64,000 nucleotides of DNA from Kudoa neothunni (lineage: Eukaryota; Animalia; Cnidaria): assembly GCA_964304625.1 (NCBI GenBank), contig OZ199840.1:10363220-10427219 (forward strand). The letters are read 5' to 3'. Within the stretch, counting starts at the first letter, position 1. Every line of letters begins with the position of its first letter. Positions 42,801 to 55,036 of the stretch are shown here, piece by piece. Under the pieces are notes generated by a model. That model worked only from the letters and a program-made list of their open reading frames with translations, did not search any database and was not told the DNA's origin. The position numbers and the translations under genes are program-made.

Positions 42801-43793
42801 TCAAGATAAATAATCTTGAGTTAGGAAAGACCTATGAAGTAATCGTTGAACCTGTTGACGGTAAAAAGGAAACAACCCAAAAAATCACAAGGGGTACTTA
42901 TTGATGTTTTTAATTAACTAACTATTTCATAGAAAACGTTGATACAACCGTTACGTATAGTTTTAGCGATGGAAGCGACTTAAGGATTATTGTTAACTTC
43001 AACGAAGTCAAAGAAAACTCTATATGCCCATTTATGCTTCATGGGAAAACAGAAGGGGCAGAAAAGCAACCAATAATTGCTTGGTGCAATGATGATGAAG
43101 ATTGTTCTGCTAATAAGTGCGTTATCGATGTCAATGGGTTATCAAAAGAGAATAATTACATCTTGAACGTAAAAGTGAAAGATATTTCCCTTTATAAAAA
43201 ACATGAAATTCCTTGTAATTTGTTTCTGTATTTTTTTATTGTAAAATAATATTTTCTTAATTGTGGCACCGAAAGATGCAAGAATTATTAAAGCCTTAAG
43301 GTTATTAAGATAAAATATTGAAGTTATTTTATGAATATTTTCTAGTAAATTCCTACATCGAATAAATTATGTCAAAATTTATATTAGAAGAGGAAAATAT
43401 AAAGAGTGAATACTCCGATATTAATATAGACGATATAGTTCAAAAAGTGATAAAAAAGATTGAAAAAGGGTACAAAAATTTATTTTATTATTATTAATAA
43501 TATTTAATTAGTAATTACTACTTCAATGAAAATATTAGTGTAAAAAACTAATTAGATAGCAAAGAACAACATGAGCATACCATAGCAGAAAGCCGGAATT
43601 CGTAACTTGGTTATTATCTACTAATCTTAACTCTTTATAGATCATTAAATAGCTACATGTAAATATTGCGTACGACGACATAATAATATTTTTTAGTTTA
43701 TATGCCATGATACCAATTGTGGCAGCACTGTTGGTTTTGTTAGGTATTGGCGTTCAAAAGAAAATTTCCAAAGATACAACTTATGATTTATAA
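36836..43793 (+). CDS. Large (~2,000 aa) type-I membrane protein of Cys-containing FN3-like beta-sandwich modules, ~21 exons
   Basis: Signal-peptide exon MRQSYAGIFFLFIFI. Successive ORFs 36969-43249 join through 34-61 nt phase-1 introns. FN3 tyrosine-corner motifs (NLDPKTSY, GLYSGTNY, DLNPGTSY, NLELGKTY, GLSKENNY) follow C-x(12-17)-C-x(n)-CxxxC. TM LYAMIPIVAALLVLLGIGV, tail QKKISKDTTYDL*. Confidence 0.85.
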
Positions 43794-44905
43794 CACATAT
43801 TAGGGATTATTTCATTGTTTTTAGATTAATTTTTTATAATTTATTATTCGATTGATATATTTAATATAAAAAATAATAAAAATTAATCTAAAAAGAAACA
43901 ATTTAAGAATAAAAATTATTTAAATTACTAGTTGATTTTAATAATAAAATTTAATTATAATTGTTCTATGTGTTTTTATTATTTTTATAAATAAGTACTA
44001 ATATATTTATATAAATTTGAATAGAGTCTTTTAGGCTATAAATAAATGTATGAACTCAGTAATATTTAAACAAAATTTGAGATAAAATTGCAGAATATTT
44101 ATAATGACGTGCATGTGTGACAATTTTTAAGAGTTTGTGTTAAATTTTTGTATAGAAACATACAATCTATCATTAATATTACTACTTTTAATCAATTTAA
44201 ATTCAACATAATATTTTTAAGTTTTTTAACTTTTGTAAATTCATAAGCGTAAAAATTCTTATCTTGATGTTATCATTATTTAAAATTATATAATGAATAT
44301 TTTCATAAACGCTTCGGAATGTGATTTAGTGAATACACATTAAAAAATCTTACAGCATTTTCAACGTTTTCTATCGTTCACGATTTATACCGTAATCTAC
44401 CCGCATGCAGCTAGCATAAAAAAATTTGATTTCAATACAAATGTCTATATTAATCTTGAATGTGCTAAAATAATTGCATTAATGTTCTTACTATGTATGA
44501 TGTAATGATCATTTAATAGATCTGCGAAAATTAATAAAGATAATTATTTAAATTATGAAAGTGTTTTATCAGTAAACTATAAAAGATGATATTTGTATGC
44601 AGATTTATTTACGAAAATTTAAGTGACAATATAAGTTGAGGATTATTAGAATATTTATCCAACTTTTCTCAGATGTATAATTAAAATATGCGATCTAAAT
44701 AATTTTTTACTAGAAATAATAAACTGCGAAAAATTTGGATCAATCTATATTTTCAACTTATTACTTATTTGCGCTAAATTAAATAATAAGTGGGCAGAAA
44801 TAATCCAAATATTTTTAGGAATAAGTATTTGTAAAACTATGATCGGTTTCTTTCTCATATGGCTCGTTTATTTTTTAGGGATGGATCCTACTACTAATAA
44901 TAATG

Positions 44906-44940
<35 letters not shown>

Positions 44941-45894
44941 TATTTAATGTAGCTACTTGCATGGTAAGTAATATTTAGATATCATTAGTTTTGACTAATT
45001 TTAATTATTACTAATCCGTAAGAGCAAAGGATTGGGAAAGAATTAATTTGATTAGCAAAAGAGAAAAAATTAAATCTGTAGACAGCTTGTAAGTTAGAGT
45101 CTATGTGATTGAAAATTGTCATTATGCAAGCGTACATGCCTTTTAGAAGCAGAATGTACCCCTCAAATAGTCTCAGCCATAATTAAACTAGTATAAAACA
45201 TTAAAGTAAATATGAATTTTGTTTCCATGTTAAGAAGGTGAATTTGGATTTTTTACCAGACTTAAGCGTAAATTTAAAAATTAAAATCATCAAAATTCTT
45301 AATAAACGAATTTTAATTCACAATTATAAGTATTTAAACGAATAAATTTAATTCTGGTTAAAAAATCATTACTTTGATGAATTTATAAGATTGAAAAAAT
45401 CTTGTATGCTCAATTTATGAAAAAATATTTTTATTTGATTACACATGCGTCAAAATTTAACCTTTGCATATTAATTTCGGTTCCCTCTTTGCTTTCACAA
45501 AATTTATTAACTAGTTGTATTTTCATCAAGATAATTTATAAAAATGAATAAGAGTTATCATTAATTATTTTTACATTAAAAATCATTCTTCACAGAAAAG
45601 TCGAAATATCGGCGTTTGATTAGATGCTTTGAAGAGGCTAATTCTCATAATGCGGTAATAACATAAGGGGCGGTACACCTAACTGAATCTATTCAGCTCG
45701 CCTTTTAATGCGGCGAAATCAAAGAAGTTATAAATCGAATATGATTCAAGTAAAAAATACTTCTAACACAAACTGTATGTGTTAATAAATAATCAAATAC
45801 GCCTAATCACCTTACAGGATAAACTGTCTTATTTTAAGTTTTTTAAAGGAGCTTACACAGTTAATACCCCATCTACAAATCTAATGAATAACTA

Positions 45895-48800
45895 ATGTTT
45901 AACGGAACAAGTAATACTTATTTTGTATGATAAGTTTGAATTTTGATTAAAGAAAGTTATACAAAATATTATTGTGGAGAAAATGAGACTACATTTTCAT
46001 TAAATATTTCCACTGGACCAATGTCTCCGTGTGTTTACTTCACCTGCTATCCAACGACTGTTTTTATATTATCTATTTTTATGCTGATATGGTTGGCAAT
46101 GAAAATAAAAAGAATGAAAACTAAATATAGAACCTTCGAAAATAATAATTTCAAAATTGAAAAGCTATTATTTAAATATTCAAATCTTTTTTCTCTCACA
46201 GGCAAGGATCATCACTTCTACGCCCCAATTTCAATAGGATCTAATGACAATCTCAAAATCGATAATGATGAAAATAAATATCTATTCAATGATTCAACTA
46301 ATTCGCTACCTGAAAACTTTTGGTCGCTGACTATCATTCCTTTTTCTTATTTTGCGCAAATTTGGTCTTCAATGATCATACTTTTACTTCACGCAGTCGA
46401 GCTCGTGTGGTTATTTATGAATTATCAAACTGAATTCTCACCAGGCTGGCTTATATATAATCATATTGTTATGATTTGTGTATGGATTTCGACAATAGGG
46501 TACTCTCGTTAAAATCTGGCTTTATCGATTAATTTAAAATTAAATAATTATAGCGGTTACTTAGCTGATGTTAAACGCCACCAACTAACACATTCATATA
46601 CAATCGATGTTCTATATCAATCCAATCGATACTGTTTTGGTCTGATAATTGTAGTGTGGCTAGTAGCGTTTGGAGAAGGTTTTCAATTGTTTTTTTGGAA
46701 AGACCAACGCTGGGGTCTAATTCGTGTAGTAGACAGCACCGACCAACTGTCTATCCGTTGTATATTTCTTATATTTCGTTTGATAATGATATTCATCGTT
46801 ATGATTTTGGTGATAATCAGTCCTGGAACAGGAAAAAGAGACAATTTTCGGCAAGTAACTTATAACAGTTGTTGATCGAACTGTCTTTTAATATTATCAT
46901 TATTATCAAGATTTACAAAAACTACAAAAGTCAGGGATTTTTATCACAACTTTGGATCAAATGGCAAATGGTCTGGCCATTTCTATGGCCTAAAACTTCA
47001 AAGCTACGAGCAAGGATAATCATTTGTTTTTTCATACTGATTGGAGGGCGTGTGATTAACGTATTACTACCCAAGCAATACAAACTGCTAGGTGATAAAA
47101 AAATTGATTTTAATTAAATCAATTGATTTGTGTAATAGTCAACTTTTTGAGCAATGTACATTCACAAGACGATGCAGTGAAAAAAAAATTATTTGATGCG
47201 CTAAAAATTTTTTCAATTTATATTCTACTTGTGTCCCTTCAGGGCAGTGGCTCGGGTAATGTGACCTAATTTTTCATCTTACGAATTAATATCACGTAAT
47301 CCTGAATTTTAAATTATTTATATTAGGTAACAGTGGCCTGCTAACTAATTTTCGATCGTATTTGTGGATGAACATTCAAAATTTTACCAACAAGAAAGTA
47401 TCGTTGGCCATTTATCGTCATCTTTTTGATCTGCCTATAAAATGGCATATCAACAGAAAAACCGGTGAAATTGTACGTATACTTGATCGTAGCGCTGTCT
47501 GTATTGATCAACTATTGAAGTGGGGAAATTATTTATTTAATTCAGCTTTACTATAATCTGCATATATAATTATTTTATAGTTACGCGATATTTAACATTT
47601 TACCCCCTATATTTGATATATTGATTGCTATCATCTACTTTGCATCTGTATTTAATATTTGGTTCGCGTCCCTGTTTTTGGCAAATATGCTGTTATATTT
47701 ACGTAAAATAGAATAATTGAAATTAAATAATATTATTTTAGTAACCACCATAAAACTGAACAATTGGAGAAGTCAGTATCGGCGTAAAATGGTAGACAAC
47801 GATAACGATATCAAATCACGTATAACCGACACTTTACTAAATTATGAAACAGTATAACTAGCGGTTTAAAAAGTTTTTCTTACATAATTAAAATTTCAAT
47901 AGGTTAAAGTATTTTGTAATGAAAACTTTGAAATGAAACGATATAACGATTGGATCGATAGGAACCAGGTATTATTGTCATTCAATACAATAAACTACCG
48001 TGAGCATTAATTTCTGTCAAGTAGAGCAATGAAAGAGTGGCTTTCGGTTCGTTATACCTATTAAACACCATCCAGAATTTTATTATCATCTCTGGAATGG
48101 CATCCTGCTCCGTTATTTGTATCTACTTGATATGTAAAAATAAGCTGAATGTATTTTTTGTTTATTGAAACTAATTTTTACAACTATTACAATTAGATCG
48201 GAGACTTTGTCATGTTTATCGCCTATCTCCAACAACTATACATTCCACTCACAACTTTAGGAATGTATTATAGATTTATCCATTCCGCTTTTATCGATGT
48301 GGAAAATATGTTTGACACTCTCTTCATGGAACCTGATGTATGTCTTTCTCAATTTTTATTCTTTTTAAAAAACTACTATTAATGTATTTCCACTAGATTG
48401 TTGAGCATCCAAACTGTCAACCACTTGTGCTTTCAGGAGGAAAGATTGAGTTCAGAAATGTCTCGTTCGGCTACGATCCTGGGTATATCGTTTGTTTTTG
48501 TTTATTTCTAATTGATTTAAAGTAAACTTGTACTCAACAAATTCACATATACATTTCCCTCTGGTACTACCGTTGCAATAGTAACTAAGTTTTAAGTTAG
48601 TTTAACATTTTCTTAAAAAAACCATAGGTGGGACCATCGGGCTCCGGTAAGAGCACTCTGATACGACTCATATTACGATTCTATGATGTGACTACTGGAG
48701 AAATTCTAATTGATGGTCAAAACATAAAGGATGTATATATATATATGTCTATCATCATTAATTTGACCTTGTATATATTTTTGTAAAATAGACAACAATG

Positions 48801-49428
48801 AAGTCATTACGAAATTCTATAAGTATGGTATCACAAGATATGATACTTTTTAATGAAACTATCAAGTAGATAATTAGTTTATTTATCATGATGAAGTAGA
48901 CGAAGGATTTAGATACAATGTTGGTTATGGAGATATAAACGCTACCGATTGCGAGCTGTACAATGCTACGATGGCAGCACATCTGCATGAAAAAATCTTA
49001 AAACTTCAACATGGTAAATTAAATTAAATTAAGAAAATATTCGTTTCCCAACCCTTTTAGGATACAATACAGAAGTTGGCGAAAGGGGCCTCAAAATCAG
49101 TGGCGGAGAAAAGCAAAGAGTAGCAATCGCGAGAACAATACTTAAAAATCCCGCCATTCTTCTTTTAGATGAAGCCACTTCCTCCTTAGATTCTAAAACA
49201 GAAAAATCCATTCAAGAGTCTTTTGATTGCATATGTAAAGATAGAACAACTATTATTGTCGCTCATCGCCTCTCCACTATAACCCATGCAGACAAAATTC
49301 TTGTGCTAGAAAATGGTAAAATTGTTGAACAGGGCAGCCATAGTGAGCTAATTGCTTTTGATGGTCTGTACAAACAAATGTGGGATATTCAACGCGAAGC
49401 ACATCTAGAAACACAATTTCATGATTAA
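45895..49428 (+). CDS. ABCB6: ABC half-transporter ABCB6/HMT-1
   Basis: N-terminal TMD0 (YC...MSPC), [29 protein letters not shown], Walker [10 protein letters not shown], signature [13 protein letters not shown], Walker [13 protein letters not shown]-loop IVAHRLST; many short GT-AG introns splice in frame. Confidence 0.93.
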
Positions 49429-50559
49429 ACAATAGATATCATGAGACAAATGTAATAAATTATAGATTAGAGCTCGAGTAATTGCGCCAATTGTTCTACA
49501 GTTGACTGTATTTTGTTTTTTAAGCGCGCTTACACTTACAAATTAATTCTAGAAGAAAAAATGTTTAACTTGTCTATCAATTTTAATGTGGGAATCGAGA
49601 AAAGCTGAATAATCATTATGTTTGTTTATTAAGAATGAATCGACTGGCGAACAATCCATTATCTAATTTGTGTTAGAGAATTCTTTGAATGTGCCTCATA
49701 AAAAAATTTGAAGGCATCCGAATAAATGACCCGGAACGTTTATACTAAACTAAAGAAAAGCTAACAGAAAATGCTTCATAAATAACTGACATAGCCCAAA
49801 AAGCGGAAGGGTTTCATCAACGCTTCCAACAAAAACAGATAGACGATGGCTGTCTTTTTCGAGCGCTTATCATTCTTATTGGAGTCCGCGAGACTAGACT
49901 GGAAGGAATCCGATAGAGAATTATTAATCCGTTCAAATATTATAGTTTCTGCCCCTCCAATTTACCAACCAATCTCTCGGTTACAACAAGAGGTGGATTT
50001 TCAGACGTTTATATATGGTTGTGTCCACTACAGAGCGATCAGTGAATCATCTGCCATTATGGTCGCGGAGTTAATTGAAAACCCGTTCTAGAAGAGCGGT
50101 GGCATAATCAACAGTTTGGAACTAAAATTATGACGCTAGAAGATGCATACTAGTTATTACACGTCCCCAATGAATTTTTTTTATAATGCGCTTGCAGCGG
50201 TCATACTTTAACGAAGTGTATCTCAGCGGAGTGTAAGGGATCGATGGTATTCCATAATCGTAAGAAGAGACGCCCGAAAATCTTGAAAAAAGTTGGAGGG
50301 GAAAATTTACGTTTCAATTAGGGCCCTACCTACACCTATAAACAACATTCATGGAACTTATTCATGTTCGAAGTCTTCGAACGCTGCTGAATCCGAACGT
50401 CTACTTTGTAAAAACCGAAATACAGCCGTCAAATAAAAAAATGACGATTTATCGCTACACATCCCGTGAAATGAAAAAGTTGAAATTGTCATGAGCATTT
50501 AATAATGTTGTTCATTCCATGTATCTAGATTCTCGATAGGTTTTGAACCATTTCCATAA

Positions 50560-51460
50560 ATTTATCATCGAATTCTCTTAAATATTTCTATCAACTTCCT
50601 ATTACAATAATATTTGAGTTTTTTTATGTAAATAATAGCCATTTAAGATTAGTCGATTTCTTAAATGTTTTTTCTGATACCATTGTGATTCAAGCTTTCC
50701 TAAGTCGATGTCGATTTGAATCAATGATATTCGTGTGTTCCCCATTGGCATTTGTTAATACTTTTGAATGGTCCACCTTGTGGAGGATATAACCATGCTT
50801 CTTGTTAAGATTAATGTAGGTCTTCCACTTATCAGATACAATTATACTATAATTATTATAGTATCAAATCAGAATTGATCTAATTCGTATTTTTTATTTT
50901 CCCCCGCTCTGTATTTTGTAATATAAATGGTAGAAAGGTAGTTTCATTTCCATGCTCGAGAATTTAGAGGAATATTTTGGTTGATCCTATTTCGGTGTCA
51001 CCAAACACCATCAATTGGTCTTCCTTTTTCGAATTTTTGTTTAACTATCTCGACGACTTTATCTTCTGATGATTAAGATTTAAATTGAAAAAGATTAAAA
51101 GTATACTACCAATTATTTTGTTATCAAGCATGAGAATTTCGGTAAATATTTTCCCAGATCCTTTCAGCCATCTCGATACGATATTATTACGTTTAATATT
51201 TGTGTTGATAGCCAATCTTTCATACGAGACTTTGTATACCCACTCAAATATAAAATCTAGAAAGATCTACAGGATGCCAGGTTTAATTAAATATTATACA
51301 TAACTCGCATTTTAAGGTTTTCAAATACCACACCTATTCTTATCGATGATTTCTTCCCGCAACTTCTATTGAGACATTTCCATCGATATTATCATTCTTT
51401 GTGGAAGAGGTTTTTTTTATTTTCATTTGAAAAAATTTCTCCTTTCAATAATAAGATTAT
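50560..51460 (-). mobile_element. Merlin/IS1595-like transposase relic
   Basis: Minus-strand IIVSDKWKTYINL..HGYILHKVDHSK..NANGEHTNII, typical of the ISXO2/Merlin DDE domain. Confidence 0.75.
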
Positions 51461-51735
51461 TACGAAATAAAGATTTTTAAAGTTTGTCCTCATTTGTGCA
51501 AATCTTGTAGAGATTATATGGTATCAGAGGTGAGTCCTTATGTTCAGATTTTTAACGCTCTAACGATACTGAGGTCGAATCGATCCCAAAATAAAATTGA
51601 ATAACGTATAATATTTCTTTCCTTGAGTATAGTGTTTTTGAATTCAAGATAATCTTCACAAATATATTCTTCTATATATGCCAGAGGAAAATAAGATAAT
51701 TTAGGTTTTTTTATGCAGCCAAAATTTGAAGAATA

Positions 51736-52983
51736 CCCTCCAACGATCATTTGGAGTCAAATCGACCCCATCTTTTTATTTCATCATTTTGTACATAAAT
51801 TTAATTAAATTGGTTATGTGAGATATTAAAAAATTTTAACGACAGAATTCCAAGGAAAACAAAAATTAATCATTGAACTAATCTTACGCAACCTAATCGA
51901 ACATTGTTCTTGCACAATTTTATATTATCGATTGCACTGGGTATATAAAATATTTTTTATCTTCAGTAATGATTTAATATCAGGAGAATGTCTATAGATT
52001 CTGAAGATAATTTTTTATTTCATAACGATGTGTCTTCTTGTAGTGAGTATGAGGATGTCTCTCAAGAAACTGATGAAGACGATGTGGGCATATACGATAT
52101 TTCATTGATTAGCAAATATGGATTAATTTAGAGTCTTACGAAAGAACTTACATCAAGAACACGCACATAAAGTATATTTTGAACTTTCCGCCTGGCTCAA
52201 CAATCCATACTACTTTGAGAGTAAAATCAATGCCTCATTGTTGTTATTTATAGATTGTACAATTGCCATTTTTTCGGTGACAATTCAGCTAGATATTGCA
52301 TTCGGTGTTCAAAAATTAAAAACATTAAACCAAGGGAAATTATGTATTACGGAGGTAGTCTTATGTTATGGTTGAACGTTCGAATGCATTATTTTTTTAA
52401 GTGCGAAAAGTCTTAAAACTGCTTTTTATAATTGTTTTAATTTCAATAAAATTTCACTATAATTGTAATAACTGACATTATTTCATTAGTTTGTGTACAT
52501 AAATCTCATTTCACAATGTCGCCACTGTTTCCTTAGCAGGTAAGTAACATTATTTAGCGAAGTTACTTGGAATGTTACATTAATGGATTATTGAAGACCA
52601 ATGGGTTAGTAAACTTAAATTTAATCAAAACCTTCTCGATAGATTTCTTACATATTTTATACGGAAAAACAAAATATTCTTTAATAAGGGAAAATAAAAT
52701 AAAAATGAGGTGTCGATTCGACCCCAAATGATCGTGGAGGTAAGTCGTTTTTATGATCGTTGAAGGTAAGCCATTTTTTATGATCGTTGAAGGTAAGCCA
52801 TTTTTTATGATCGTTGGAGGTAAGTCATTTTTTATGATCGTTGGAGGTAAGTCATTTTTTATGATCGTTGGAGGTAAGTCATTTTTTATGATCGTTGGAG
52901 GTAAGTCATTTTTTATGATCGTTGGAGGTAAGTCATTTTTTATGATCGTTGGAGGTAAGTCATTTTTTATGATCGTTAGAGGG
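51736..52983 (+). mobile_element. Non-autonomous piggyBac-type element with tandemly amplified right TIR
   Basis: Left CCCTCCAACGATCAT, right ATGATCGTTAGAGGG|TTAA, GTC..TCGACCCC subterminal motifs, and an acidic N-terminal transposase remnant. Confidence 0.75.
52728..52983. repeat. 27-bp minisatellite, about 9.5 copies (ATGATCGTTGGAGGTAAGTCATTTTTT)
   Basis: Directly visible; explains the spurious ORF 52753-52998 (MIVGGKSFF)n. Confidence 0.95.
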
Positions 52984-53117
52984 TTAATAAAGGGATAATT
53001 TAACTCAAAAGTCTGTTTATGTGTATTTAGTTAAAAGAGTTTTATAAAACATCTTTATGTTATAGAGTAGTTCAGGATTATATTAAAAATCCCCGCCCTT
53101 TTCTTATTTTACAAATA

Positions 53118-53187
53118 CAGTAGGTGACCGTTAATTCGTAATTTTCCCCCGGTCCCGAGGGGATTGCGAATAAGTGGTCACCGACTG
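53118..53187. mobile_element. 70-bp pogo/Tigger-type MITE
   Basis: TA|CAGTAGGTGACCGTTAATTCGTAAT ... ATTGCGAATAAGTGGTCACCGACTG|TA. Confidence 0.75.
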
Positions 53188-53689
53188 TATATCTGGTGTT
53201 GCATCCAATGTCGGATGTTTGATAATCAAACGAAAATTATTTGGCAATTAAGGGGTTTTTATTGAGAATAAAAACCAAACTTTCCTGGTCACGAATTGAA
53301 CTATCAAAGTGATTTGTACCAAACAGTTCTTACGTTTGTTGGAATGTCATGTCAACAAAATCATAAAAATATAATCCAATAAATGGTTATTGGTTTTGTC
53401 GTTAATAGGAGTAGAAATCAGCGCGTCATATCGAAGTTCAAATCTTGAAGTCGCACGACCTCAAAATATTCAACCCAATATCCGGATACATTGGCCATCT
53501 TCCAAGCTCCTACATGTCTGAGTACCGAACAAAAGGGCTAAAGTACGGTTTAAGAGCAAGATTGACGGTTCTCACCTAACTCGCGGGAGGTGGAGCCGGG
53601 AATGAGTCACTCAAACTCAACTGTTGATCCTCTACTTTTTGACAACGTTTTTGCGCAAAAAATTAACCACAAAAAAAAATTGTCTTCTT

Positions 53690-54480
53690 ACAAAGTATAA
53701 ATCTGATTCTCAAATATCGAATATGCAAAATGTCTAAAATCGAGATTTCGTTTAAAAATCCACTGAATTTTGGTAAAATTTACACCCCATTATTCATCGG
53801 AATGTAGTCGATTTTTAATAGATGGCTACTACTTCAAAATAAGAGTATATCTTTGCAGAGGAACGTTCTTTAATGCTTTGCACATGGCATTTATTTTTGC
53901 TTATGTATTTCGATGTTTATTATATTCACAAGTCACATGACTTCTTAATAAAACAAGTGAAAATTTTTCAACATAAAAAATTGTTAACCGGGGGAATTAA
54001 ACTAGAGAAATATATTTATAATATTTTAATATACATAGAGATTAAAATAGGAGGTGTTAGAGTCATTGTAAAAATTAACGAATCCAATATTTGTGTCAGA
54101 AAACACCACCGAAGAAGAATATTTGTTAATAAAATATTTTGATCGTTAATGGTGTCTACGGAAGTAAATATGTCTTCCATTTATTAAACAAAGTTAAAAT
54201 TCAATAAACCTTAGAAAGAATGTTCACTTATACATCTAAAAATTGATAAACCTAGAATGATAAATGTTAGGTCATAACATTCTTGAGTCATTAGAAGATT
54301 TGACATTCTCGCCAATAAAATTGGAGCAATTAGGGGACGCTATACAAAGAAAATTTGGTATGCAGTAAGTAACCGATATTACATTACGCATTTTCATCGA
54401 TACGATGTATTTAAAGTTTATATTAGGTGAAACGTTTCTACTATTTTTGTGATAATAAAAGAGTAAAAGACTTTAAAATA
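53690..54480 (+). mobile_element. Second Merlin-like transposase relic
   Basis: KIGGVRVIVKINESNICVRKHHRRR resembles Merlin KIGGxGxxVEIDES..KRKYHRGR. Confidence 0.6.
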
Positions 54481-55036
54481 TTTTTGAATCGAACAAGGAA
54501 ATTACCAATCTGTTATATCAAATGATTAACGGATACTACGCATTTTTTCGGCCCAACCACGTAGATTAAATTGTTTTTTATTGGAAACGAGAGAAAAATT
54601 TAAATTCTGACGAACGAATGTTTGAACGCATAGAAAAAGACCTTTAGATATTTATCAAAAAAGACTGTTTCCATGTAAATGAAAATAGAATAAAATTTAA
54701 TTTCTAAAGAATGTTATAGATTCACATGGATAAAGATTTAAAAAAAATATAAAAAAATTTCATATTGCATCAAAAATTAAATAGGAAATAAAATAGGATT
54801 TATAATTAATTAGAACTGACCATTCATTAAATTTTACCCCAATGTAAAAGGATCTAAATATTTTATAAATAAATATGATTAAAACAAAAATTAAGAATTA
54901 TTTTTCAATTAAAAAATCTTAATAATGTATTTTTAGTTATTATATCTAAATAAAAGATGTAATACTCACGTTGAAAAAGAATGAAAATAAAATAACCGCA
55001 CAAGAATTTTTAGTGCGTATTATCGGTTACCTACTG
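54363..55036. mobile_element. pogo/Tigger-type non-autonomous element
   Basis: CAGTAAGTAACCGATATTAC ... GTATTATCGGTTACCTACTG|TA inverted termini, related to those at about 1966 and 53118. Confidence 0.6.

Noticed and set aside
36969-43249. Tandem ORFs read as an operon or as separate small genes
   Set aside because: They join through GT-AG phase-1 introns into one reading frame.
49600-50450. MULE-like (EGFHQRF) and gag-like remnants
   Set aside because: Motifs are too short and degraded to assign or delimit confidently.
52753-52998. (MIVGGKSFF)n ORF or CRISPR-like array
   Set aside because: Head-to-tail 27-bp minisatellite with no unique spacers, derived from a transposon TIR in a eukaryotic context.
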